Source of the DNA: Guillardia theta CCMP2712
Taxonomy: Eukaryota > Protista > Cryptophyta
Assembly (NCBI RefSeq): GCF_000315625.1
Contig: NW_005434557.1
Span: 50,938 to 114,937 of the forward strand
DNA length: 64,000 nt
Direction: 5' to 3'
The notes under the pieces were generated by a model. That model searched no databases, was not told the origin of the DNA, and was given only the letters and a program-made list of their open reading frames with translations. Of the stretch, positions 13,932-25,400 are shown piece by piece. The translations under genes were made by a program, and so were the position numbers. How positions within the stretch are numbered: position 1 is the stretch's first letter; each line of letters opens with the position of its first letter.

Positions 13932-14326
13932 TTAGAGCAGCCCGAGTGACCTTTGTCGCTCCTGCACGCCAAGGGATGCCATCATGGCAGCGACGGTGAT
14001 GCCCTGGGCGATAACACGAGCACGCATGAAGGTCTGCGATGTCGCCTTGTCTCCGCTGTTGAAGGAGACGAGGCCTGATCCGAGGATGATCGCAGTGGTG
14101 AAGACACCTGCAAGCTCTTAAGCTGACGAGCAAGGGGAGGGCTGCTGGACTCACCGAGGGGGATGATGGGCGAATCTTTGCCGAAGTACTTGAACATGAA
14201 GGCGTCGAGCTCAGAGACCTGAACGCCTTCCTTTGCACTGGGCACGACAGGCTTCACTTGAGGCGTGCGCTCCTTCTTGCCTTGGACGGCCATGGCAGCA
14301 GAGCGGAGGGAGCTTGCGAAGTTCAT
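13932..14326 (-). CDS. HIG1-domain (HIGD/Rcf1-like) mitochondrial inner-membrane protein
   Basis: Removing the 47-nt GT-AG intron 14108-14154 gives KYFGKDSPIIPLGVFTTAIILGSGLVSFNSGDKATSQTFMRARVIAQGITVAAMMASLG...LL*, which has the HIG1 signature P(L/I)(V/I)P(L/I)G...SQ..MRARV.AQG.TV. The ORF track misses this. Confidence 0.9.
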
Positions 14327-16861
14327 AGTTTGTTGGGGGTGGGGTGGGGGGGGGGTGGGGGTTGTTTAAATCAGAAGGAAAAGCTTGTAGGCCTGTCCGC
14401 AGATGATCAAAACCAGCAACGATCGAGCCCAAGTTCTTGAACATCAACACGAAAAAGACAAGCACACGCAAACAAGGTTCTCTCTCAACAACTTTCGCCT
14501 ACACCCTTGGCTTTCAAGCAACTCAGTCAAATTGCAACAAGGGGGCTCCGACTATCCTAATCCTTTACACGTCACACATGCTCCCGTTGACGTCTTTGAC
14601 GCTCATCTCCCTCAAAAGCGAGCATAACAGGCATGAGACACGAATTTGCTGCTCTCTACGTCATATTCACTTCCATCATCCGACCTTGCTACCTCTACGC
14701 CTCCTCCCTCCTTCCTGCGCGCCCACTTATCACAGACTCCCACACACCACGCTTGCAACAGCACGCCCAGTTGCAGCTTCAGCATATCTGCTGTCTGCGT
14801 CCTTCAACTCTCTCGCTCCTCTGTCCTCTCTCCCCTCCCCTGGACGCCATGTTCCGCTCTCTGTTTGCATGCCGGCCTACCAGTCTTGTGGCGGATCCTG
14901 AACCCCGGGGTTTAAATAGAGGGTGGGTACAGGGGGGAGGGCACAGGGAAAGGCTTTTCAAAGCAGTGGGGTGGGGGGTACTTTCAGATGGCTCGATCGG
15001 GGGTCTGCTCTACGTGTACCGGGTGATTTTAGGCTAAATTGCAGTATAAATGAGGGGTATAAATAAAAAATGTAAATATGAAGGTGGTAGGGATAGGGAC
15101 CCTAGTGTGTTTTTGAGAATCAAAGGAGAGCCGTGATCGACTTATCCAGTGGGGGGTGGGGTGTGCGTGGAGGCGGTAGGGGTAGTATAGTCGCATTGAA
15201 TGCGCCTACAAAGAAGAGGGAGGAGGGGGTAGGGGGTGTTGATGACTTGAGTTGTAGGGGGTGGTAAGTGTGATGTAAATGTGGGGGTGGGGGTGGAGCC
15301 CAAGAGCTCCGATGTGACATCGTTTCAAGTTAGCTCGAGGGATACGGGTGACAAAATCTCTCCTTTTCAGATTTCCTGTCAGCTCAGGGCACTGACTTTC
15401 GTATTACCTAAGGAGCTCCTAAGGCAAATGCTCGGACCAAAATCGATACCTCAAAATCATACAATCCAAATGTAGGACCTTGAACCTAGTACGTGTCCTA
15501 GGATCACCATGATATCAGGATAGAACAGGGTACTAGAAAATCGTAGCTTTCTAGTACCGAACACAACGTGTCAGGCTGACCCAGTGACCATGGTACGGGG
15601 CATGAGGGGTGGGGGTGGAGCTGTCGGGGGTTGTGTGTACAGGGGGTGGGTAGGGGTTGAAACACACGTATGAGGCTCCCTAAAGGGTCATAGGAAATGT
15701 CATAGACTCATAAGACTTCTCTACATGTGATGTACCACAAGCTGCTGACACTAAAAGTGGGGGGTCCGAAGAGAAAGCAAAGGAGGGGTACTTTTAATGC
15801 CATTGTGTTCAAACGACGTGATTTTACACCTTCTCGACATTTCGTGAGGGGTACCCACCCCTACCCCCGGCTTTCCTCAGGCCTTGTGGCCTCCAGTATG
15901 TGGCGCATGGGGTCATGGACCTTCTTCACTTAGGTTGATGATTGTCGATGTACCGGTACTTGGCCCTTATTTTACTCTATTTCTGAGGTAGGGTAGATGA
16001 CGGTACCCTCCAAGTAAGGGGGTAAGAGTTGGGTATCTATGGGGTAGGGGTTACCTTACGACCCCTGGAGCCACACCCCTATATTCCAGCAGAGATCCCA
16101 GAGGGTGGAACGACGCCATGCTTGCGCGTGTGTTGAGCAGGTGAGATGGTCGGAATGAGCGAAAAGAGGAGGCAGGATATCAGAGGAGAGGAATAGGAGA
16201 GGAGAGGAATAGGATGTCAGAGGATAGGAATAGGAGAGGAGAGACTGAAGGATGGGAGAGAGTGAGGATGGGGGAGAGAGGGAAAGCACTGTGAAGATAG
16301 ATACAAAGTAGCAGCAATTGTTGGATTGCGCAGAGGATTGAGTAGATGGAGTGTCGAGGTACGGGGCATGCGCAAAAGGATCAGGACGGGATGGCATGAA
16401 GACATGAAGTGAGCTGAAAGAACATGTGATATGACTTGTACGTATCGAGATGCTGTGGGATAAGATGAAGACGGCACATAAGAATTAACGGAAAGTGGTT
16501 GGAACCAAAAGAGAGTGTCCCGGAAGGCATCAAGTAGACGTCGTTGGCATCGAGGGTTTCAATGACTGAGGAGTAAGTGTCTGGTAGATGGAAAGGGATG
16601 GTATTTCAGCATGGAGTGATTGAACTTAACTCTGAGTAAAGGAAACGATTGTAGTCCCAGTCAGGCAGACGTGTCCAAGAATCGTGTCGTGCGTAGATAG
16701 CTTCACTGTTAATCGACAGCTCTTCGAGAAGATTGGGAAGGGATACAGAAAGGGAGACCTATGCAGTCATAGCAAGGCAGCATGTTTTTGCATTGAGGAC
16801 TTAGATGAAGGTGGCCATCTGTTATAAGAGAGAAATTGACTGCATGATCAAAGTGCGTGAA

Positions 16862-17706
16862 ATGGCTGGCATTATAGTGTGTAGCTGCCTTTGATATATC
16901 TTCTTGTAGCATCGTCAAAATCACGCTGACTTATTCCTTCTCTGTTCTGTTTTCTCAGATCACCAGCGACTCGAACTCTTCTGCTGACAAGCAGTCAAAA
17001 GTTTGCAAAGAGATCAGAAAATGTGAGGAAATTTAGCACGGAGAGCAACCCAACGCAGAAGCTTACCAAGACGTGGGGACAAATGAATGCTCTTGCCAGT
17101 CTGTCCATAACGTCTTGAAAGGCTGGCCGGCATTGCGGCGGGAGGTGTGGGCTTAGTTGCCTCGGTCTCAGCGTTCAACTCGTGGAGGGAGTCGAAGAAC
17201 AAGCCTGTGGAGGTGGGAGTCGGTTGGGATGGGCCACGTGGATCGATTGATCTTGAATAGGCTATCGAGGTGGAGTCGGAAGAAGAAGCTGAAAGGATGA
17301 GAAAGGAGCGTCTCAGTATGGGCATCTACGAGGCTTGCCTGGTCTTGCATGTGACTGTCCTTTCGAGCCTGACGTAGTCATAGGGAGCCGTTCAATGGGG
17401 AGCTATAAGTAGCGTAGTCGTGTATGGCCTGCGTGCACTCGAGCCGAAGGCAACCGACTGAGTTTGCATTGTGATTGAAGTCTGACATCAGATGCATCAG
17501 ATGTTGGGGACCGATAGGCTCATCAAGGCTGGCCATCCCAGGATGTTCTTCCTCATTACTGCCAGCATGTGTGCGGGGTTTGCTATCAGGGGTGAATCGA
17601 AACTCATCGATGACGGTGATGATCACAACTCATTGTTATATCATCGCATCTGACACACTCTTCCTCAGCGAGAATACCATACCACGTAAAGGGTCAACCC
17701 AAATAA
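16862..17706 (+). CDS. ENOD93 / Rcf2 N-terminal-domain-like small mitochondrial membrane protein
   Basis: Introns 17073-17121, 17213-17260, ~17342-17383, 17450-17491 (GC-AG) and 17616-17668 give ..TRTLLLTSSQKFAKRSENVRKFSTES..(presequence-like)..EEEAERMRKERLSMGIYEACLGAVQWGAISSVVVYGLRALEPKMHQMLG..PRMFFLITASMCAGFAIRGESKLIDDARIPYHVKGQPK*. The two-helix layout and FAIRGESKLIDDAR resemble the ENOD93 end (FIVADKTVLATAR, from memory). Start codon uncertain. Confidence 0.6.
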
Positions 17707-17718
17707 GCATCGAATAAA

Positions 17719-20700
17719 CTAAAGCCAAGGCTGGCTGACTGAACGTTTACGGCCCCCGGATGGTCTCACAAACATCTGGGGCCAGGGAGCATCTCCTGCC
17801 GCTCTTCCTCCTCCTCCTCCTCCTCCTCTTCCTCCCTCTTCGTCCTGGCTACTCACCCCGGCTGATATCAGCGGCAGCAGCCTTGAGTTGGAGCCTCTGG
17901 TTCTCGGCGCGGAGCTGCTGGAGGTAAATCTCAAGCATCTCCGTCTTCCAGTCGTCCTGCTCCTGCTCGCTGGTCGACGCCGTGTAGATGCTCCTCGACC
18001 AGGCTCGCTGCATCTTGTCCGTGTCCAAGTTGACTTTCGGGTACAACTGGCCGATGACCCGCACGAGGGCGTCGAAGGAGCAGCGCTTCTGGTTCCAGAT
18101 GTCATGGCAGGGCTGGTCGGCGAGCGGAGCATCCAAGGTCCTCTCAATGTAGTTCTTCCTCCTCGTCAGCCTCGCAATCTCTGCTTCGATCTCCGTCATC
18201 TCCTTCCGCAGCTCCACCTCGTTGATCTCCGGGTCAGGGATGTGACCGTCCAGCGCCTGGACGAGACTTCGGTCAGCCCGAGAGCGGCTGAGAAGGAGTA
18301 GGAGCAGGGAGCAGGGAGCAGGGAGCAGGGAGCAGGGAGCAGGGAGCAGGGAGCAGGGAGCAGGGAGTAAGGAGGGAAGATCAAAGGAAGGGAGGAGGAG
18401 ACTTGACCTCTAAAGCATGGAGCAGCATGGTGTTGCTGTATGTGCTCCCCGCGAACAGGCTGTGGCTGATGTCCTGAACCGCCTTGACAACATCCTCATG
18501 CACAGCGTCGGGGGCATCTTTCCCGAGCCTCTCTGCCTGTTAGCAAGACACAAGTCAACATGAGAATGAGGCGAGGGAGAGGGAGAGGACAGCAGGCAGG
18601 AGGAGGCGAGCGGGCTTGAGGTCGTGCAGCCACTTACAGTCTTCTTGCCTTCCTCCTTGGCAGCAGCGTAACCGTCCATGAGGATGGCAACGAACACGTT
18701 CATGAGGACCATGCCCGTGAGAAACATCCAGGAGATGAAGAAGACGTTTGCCATGATGGGATTGATGTAGCCCAAGTTGAAGTTGCCGATGGTTGGGCCC
18801 AGGTCAAAGGCCCCGAAGAGAGACTCCCACATCACCTGCACAGCCTCAGCTGGCGAAGACGAGAGCACGGGCGACAGACAGTTGAAAAAGAGGACGAGGC
18901 AGAAGAAGGAGGGGAGAAGGGTGGGAGGGGGACAGAAAAGCATGCGACATCGTAGAAAGAAGAGTTGAAGGGAGGGAGTGAGGGAACCAGAGATGGGAGA
19001 GGTGAGAAGGAAGAGACGTCTTGGCAAGACAGGACGGAAGACCTGAATAGAGTTGGGGACAGTGGCGAAGTCTCTGCTCTGATTGCCGAAGTTGAGATGT
19101 CCGATGGCAGCATACCCGACCAGCATGACCCCGAAGATGAGGCAGAAGTGATAGAGATGCACCATGGAGGCACTGAGAGTCTTGTTGACGATCTGCAGGC
19201 GGGGCTGAAACTCGTAATACTTGAAGAACCTCAGGGTGCCAATGAGGATGGAAATGAAGTTTACGGAGAGCTGATCGCGGTTGGTGCGGTAGAGCTGCTC
19301 GAAGATGGGGTCGTAGTCGTTGGTGGGGACGCGGACTGGATGGCAGATGATGTTCTTCATGTACCCGATGCGGATGACGATGAACATGAGGTAGCACGTG
19401 TAGTTGACCAGGTCCAGACAGGCCCACTGCGAGCAAGGATGAGACGGGGCAGGGAGAATAGGGGATGGCGATCAGAGCGATCACGGTCACTTACCATGTT
19501 GAAGAATTTGTGGAGGCGACGAAGATAGATGGCAGTCAGGAAGTTGCGGATGTAGGAAGAGATCAAGAAGAAGACCCAGACCATGAAGGCGATCTCGAAG
19601 CCCAGGAGAATGAAGTCCTTCTGCGTCAGGTAGGGCTCCATGTTGATGGAGCCGATGCTTACCGTCGTCCCTCCAGGGAGATTCCGCTGCACTGAAGTGG
19701 CGGACGGGTCGGACGTGATGTACCTGGTTGCCGAAGGTTTCAAGCAAGCAGAGGGGAAGATGAAGGGAGAAGGAGTCAAGAAGAATCATCCAAGGTAGCG
19801 ATCGACAAACAGAACGAAGAAGGAGACAACAAGGACTGGCAAGACAAGGAAGAGAAGACAGTAGCGGAGGAGGCGGAGAGGACTTACGTTCCGAAGTGAG
19901 AGAACTGAAGAGACACCTTGGCGAAGGTGAACATGCCAAAGTTTCCATTGTAGAAGGTGAACTTAAGGTCGATGTGGCGGGTCTTGGAGTCCAACCATCT
20001 TAGCTCCTGCAGCTGCTGGATCTGCTGCAGGTTTGCCTTGATGCCGTCGGCGAGTGACAGCCACGCTCGATATCCCTGGTCCTTGTAGCTGTACTGGAAC
20101 GAGTTGACAACGTTGGAGTACTCTGTCTGGTTCAGCTTCTCTCGATCTCCGAACTTGGAGTTCTCAAGGTCCACGAGGTACTGCTGGTAGTCAGGCGAGC
20201 TCTCGTCGATCTCCATGATCGGCTGGCTGCTCCCACAGACGTCCTTGGTGCCGTTGACTCGCAGGGGAGGGTCGGCAGTGACGTACTTGACGTTGCTGTA
20301 GCATGTGGGGTAGAACAAGGAGTACATGGAGTACTCGCAAGGCTCCAGCTCTCCTCTCTTCTGAATGATGAGCACCCCCCCGATGAGCTTGTTGTAGTTG
20401 TAGATCATCCCCATCTCATCGGTCGTGAAAGGATCGCCGTTGTACCAAGTCCCTCCCAGGATGCTGTTGATGAGACCCCCGTCTGGTTCGGTGCCGTCTG
20501 TGAAGCTCTGTTGCTTGTTGTCGTAAGACTTGAGGAGATAGTCGAAAAAGTCTCCCTGCATCTGAACGGAAGAGAGCGCTTCGTCCTGGGAGCAGCTCAA
20601 GTGAGAGGCAGCAAGACTTCACCCAACATGGCTGTCAACGCACCTGCTGCAAGAGACCGTTTCTGATCGCATCGTCGATCAAGTTTGCGACCTCCACGTC

Positions 20701-21042
20701 GGATTGAAAGACTACCAACATGACGAAAAGAACAAAGAAAAGCGCGTAGAAGAATAGCTCCGTGTATCCATTCATTACACCGGGCCTGCATACAAGGTTG
20801 GTATCTCAGAGGATTCATACCCACAGAGTTGCTCTCGTTACCATCGTCGCAGATGAAATATTGTCTGTTTGATATTGATCTCGCTGTCTTGGAAGTGATC
20901 TGCAAGACAATCGTAAAGATCTGAGGATAAACTGATCGTGTGTTTTCTCACAGATGTTATGAACATTTGCCCCCTTACGAGCTTTCCTTTGCTTCTTCAT
21001 TTTGCCGAATAGAATGGCCTGGATCGTTCCCAACTTAGGCAT
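17719..21042 (-). CDS. Polycystin-2 / TRPP-like cation channel
   Basis: TM1 GYTELFFYALFFVLFVML; TOP-domain YNKLIGGVLIIQKRGELEPC...LQELRWLDSKTRHIDLKFTFYNGNFGMFTFAKVSLQF; channel LRFFKYYEFQPRLQIVNKTL..FGVMLVGYAAIGHLNFGNQSRDFAT..ESLFGAFD..FFISWMFLTGMVLMNVFVAILMDGY; C-terminal coiled coil. Multi-exon; the 5' exons are approximate. Confidence 0.9.
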
Positions 21043-22499
21043 CTTGACTCCCGGTCCTGACAAGACCGTGACCCCAGACTTTATCGAAAGGATCCACAGA
21101 AACCTCACAAGTTTCAAAGCGCGGAAGCAATCAAGAGAATAAGATGGCTCTTATTCCTTGAGAAAGTGAAGGACACCTCGTCAATATAACGGAAAGCAGC
21201 TTGTTTTCAACCCTGAGATGTATTCAGACAAGCCATATACATCAAGGTTTGTCATGCAACTGTGCTGTCAGGCCCTCTTCTCTTTCCTCTATCTCTCTTT
21301 CCCATGCCTCTCTTCTCCTCTCTTCTTCTGCCGAGTTCTTCTCTGTTTCCTCTCCTGACTTCCTCTGCTTCCCTCCCACTCTCCCTCTCCTCCTACCTCT
21401 CTCCTCTCTGCTCTCGCTCTCGCTCTTGCTCTCGCCCTCGCCCTCGCCCTCGCTCTCTCTCTCGCCCTCGCTCTCTCTCTCGCGCGCGCGCGCTCTCTCT
21501 CTCTCTCCCTCCCTCCCTCCCTCCTTCTCTCGCCCTCGCTCTCGCTCTCGCTCCGAGTCGCTCTCCCCCTCCCTCTCTCCTCTCTGCTCTCGCTCTCTTC
21601 GCTCTTGTCCATCACAAGTAAAAGTCACATGAAGTTTTGTTCCTCTCGTCAAAGTGACCCCGACAGGACCAACACTACCCCCACCCCCTCATCCCTCAGT
21701 CCAGCGGCCCTCAAATACCCGGTACCTGTCTGAAAGTCCTCTACCCGGGTACTCGTGCCAGTTCAACGGTTGTAGTGGCCCGAGCCGGGCCCGGCCGGAA
21801 CTTCGGACAAACATGGTCCAGGCCCGACCCGGGCCCCGGCCCTTCTAAGAGAGAGACTGAAGTGAGAGCTGCCCAAAGCATTTGCTAAACATACCTGTAG
21901 GATTGATTTGCTGCCTCCAATTGCGGCCCATGGCGAGGGAGAACGGATGCGCATATGAGAGCGAGCGAGGAAGAGCGAGGAAGAGCGAGAGAGCGAGAGA
22001 GCGAGAGAGAGCGAGGAAGCAATGCAGGAGACAGTTCTTGATAGTCCTATGAGAAATGTAAACATTTAGAGGAGGGCATGCATGCATGGTGGGTCTTTTC
22101 CGTCTCAAGGAATAACTGAGGGGAGGCAGGCAGGATCTCCTTGCAGCGGAGCATCTCATTGAAAAGTGGCCGTCAACAGCACAGACCTCACTAGCCGAGG
22201 ACGATGCGAGAGAGGATGGAAAGAGGGACGAGCTGAGCCAGACTTGGATACATGCTCGTTCCTCCTGATGCTCTCATGATTGTTCTCGTCAATGCGCAAA
22301 GCTCCGACACCTAACGCCTTCACTCCGGCAAGAGGACATGCGAATGGTGAGCAACTTCCTCGTTGTGTGTCCTCTTCGATCCGTTGCTTGTGTCTGCTGC
22401 TGTTCCCTTCTCCTCCTTCGTTGGTATATCGTCATACTGCCAGACCTTCTCATACCCTGCTCTGTGATTTGCTGCCTGATCTTTGCTGTTGTTGTACTC

Positions 22500-25400
22500 T
22501 TTTGTCACATGCAAATGGCAGAGAGCTTCAAGTATCTTCTTCCTTCTCTCAATCCTGCGAGAGGTCAGAGCAAACCTCGTGAGGAACCTCCCTCTGACTT
22601 AGCTGCTCCTGTCAGGTCACGACATATGCTGGAGTCTCCCATGGTCTGCAGGAAAACCTCTACTTGCTGCGGTCACCCGTCAGCGGGAGGCCGCGAGCTT
22701 CGGCCCTCTGCTTGCAAATCCGCGGCGGGATGAATGACAACTCACCCAACGACGACAAGCATTCAGAGAGGGGAGGGAAAACCAAGTCGGGAATACAAGA
22801 AATGTCGCACGAGGAACTGATGAAGATACAGCTCATTTCAAGGGTTCCTCAGATGAAACTCGACGAGCTCAAAGTGATGTACTTGGCGTGACAGACTTTG
22901 TGTGCTGATCCGTTCGCAGGAAGAGCTGAAGAGACGAGGGCTGGAGATCAAAGGAAAGAAACAGGACCTTGTGGACAGACTGAAGGAGGCGATCAGCAAT
23001 GACGTAGCCGTACAGGTGAGACTGCAAGGTCTGATCTGTTTGCTCATCACCTGGAAGGTACCGGTGAAAGTCAGCAGGGAAACTTTGGACAAGAGCTCTG
23101 CGGGCCGCAGGATAGCGGGAGAGAGCATGAGGGCTCCCAGGAGCCAGGCGGAGGCAGCGGCAGACCCTATGGAAGAGAGGAGGATGGAAGCACGAGTAGC
23201 GGATCTTAGAGAGGACGTCTACCTCCCCTCCTCCCCTCCCCCGCCCGAAGTCTACTTGCAGGAACAGAGAGACTTCCGGGAGAACCTCCGCAGACAAGCC
23301 ATGGCGAGCCCGAGAGCCGAGTTCCAGCCCAGAAGCGAACACCTCTTGCGCCCCAGTGACGCCGACATGCTCAGGCAAGCTGCCGACCGTCAGGACGGTT
23401 GGGTTTCTGTTCGCGACCTCGAGACAAAGCGGCAGGAGCAGGAAGCGAACCTGCCGCCGCAGCCTTTCGACCGGCAAGAGTCCCATGGGTTCGGTACGCA
23501 GGCGCAGGGCCGACGGTGGGGGCCGGGGGAGGGCGGGCAGCAAGGCTACAAGGGTGCTCTGAGATGCTCCTTCTGCAATAAAGTAGGACACTCTGCTGCC
23601 CAGTGCTACTTCCGCAAGAACAGCTTCAGCCGAGACTCGAGCGAAAGGTCCTACTATCGTCATTCCAACTTTCAGGGTGCTTTTGGGAACAAGAAGAACG
23701 AGGAGGAGGTGGCGTCGTCATCCTCCCCAGTCCCCATCCTGACCTTTCCTCCCCTGCAGTCTTCGACAATCCCGGAGTACGATGATCTGTCAGAAGAGAG
23801 CACGCCCTCGTCGCAAGGAGGGTGAATGCTCTTGCCTCCCGCTGATGCTTTCGCCTGCTGCTCCAATGATTCACCTCGCTTTTGCATCCCTCCTCTTTTA
23901 TCTTGCTTTCTCTCCCTCCCTCCCGACCTCCCTCCCTTCTTCTCTTCCTCCCTTCCTCCCGCCCTCCTCTCCTTCCCTTCCTCCCTACCTCTCTGCCTTC
24001 CCTCCCTCCTTCCCTCCCCTCCCCTCCCACCCTTGCCTTGCCTTGCCTCTCTACCTACCTACCTACCTACCTACCTCCTTCACATCCACGTCGGGCGGTT
24101 GAGACGTTACAGGTACCATGGCTTCGAGGAGGCATTGGACGACTCGATTCCGGAGCTCATCGATCTTGTTGACGACACGAAGATTGAGCGGCAGAAAGTC
24201 AGCGAGGCGATGAAATGTCCTCATGGGTTGTATAAGGTCTTTGACGTTTGACACCGCGTCTACCTGAACGCTGCCGATAGACCAATACAATCAATTACAG
24301 CAAACGAAGAGCAGACAGGGAGAGAGCGGCAGGTGAGGGGAGGAGAGGAGGTGCTGAGAAGACGAGAGCACGTCGTGACTCGGGGATGAACACAAGGGTT
24401 GTTGAAGATCACTGAGGAGATGAAGGCTTTTTTTCCTGGCGCGAGAGACAACTGCGGTGACCGAGTTCCAGCCTGATCCGTCTGATCCTTTGATTGACGG
24501 AGTTGGCACAGGGACTCTACTCCAACCGGATGTCTACACCGATGAGGAGTTGTACTCGGTCGGATACACCAAGGAGAAGATCGAGACGCTCCGACGACCT
24601 CCATCAGGTGCCCTGCCCTCGAACCTGAGCTTGTCTCATCGCATTCAGAGCGACATGTTCCGTACTTCGAAGAGCTGCTTGCTCCCGTGGAGTCTGCTCG
24701 GTCAGGGGAGGCGCAGGGGAAAGAGGGAACAAGGCAAGAGCTGGAGGAGGAAGCGGGTTGTGAAGGGCCAGTGGAACGAGACACCTTCATAGCTGCCATT
24801 GGAGGCTCCATCACATTCCGGTGATGATCGTGACTGAAAGGATTCAACTCTGACCTTGGGTGTGTTCGCTCGTGTAAGCTTTGATCCCTCGTCTTCCTAT
24901 CAACAAGCCAACCATCTGTGTCAGTATGTCGAGACCAGCAGATTCGAAAAGTTTGTTTTGTTTGAGTGCTTCGAACGGCTGAACGACTCTGATTCAGAGG
25001 AAGTCTGTCGCGGTGGAAGTTCAAGGCAGACATGCTTTGCCCTCGAGACGGACTGGTGTGTGCCGCTGCTTCAAGCTTCAAGAGTGACGAGACTTCAGTC
25101 CGCTCTCTTCTACAAGGATCGCATCTACACATTCGGGGGGCTGGACGATGTCCTGCCATTGTGTTCAAATTGCTTGTCACTTGCCTTTGTAGGACGCGAA
25201 CGATCTCGATAACGTTGAGAGCTGCGGCCTTGACTTTCAATGGCGTCAAGAACGGTTTTCAACACCACGACTTGTCAGTCTCCTCCCGTCGGCATCATGA
25301 GATTGATTGCTTCTTGTAGACAAGCTTTCATTCCACCGCGCTGCTCAACGACCGCATCTACCTAATCGGAGGACAAGGCTTCGATCTGGAAACAAGGCAG

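Noticed and set aside
14400-16850. Short ORFs between the HIG1 and ENOD93-like genes
   Set aside because: No recognisable motifs, codon bias or consistent exon chain; low-complexity intergenic DNA.
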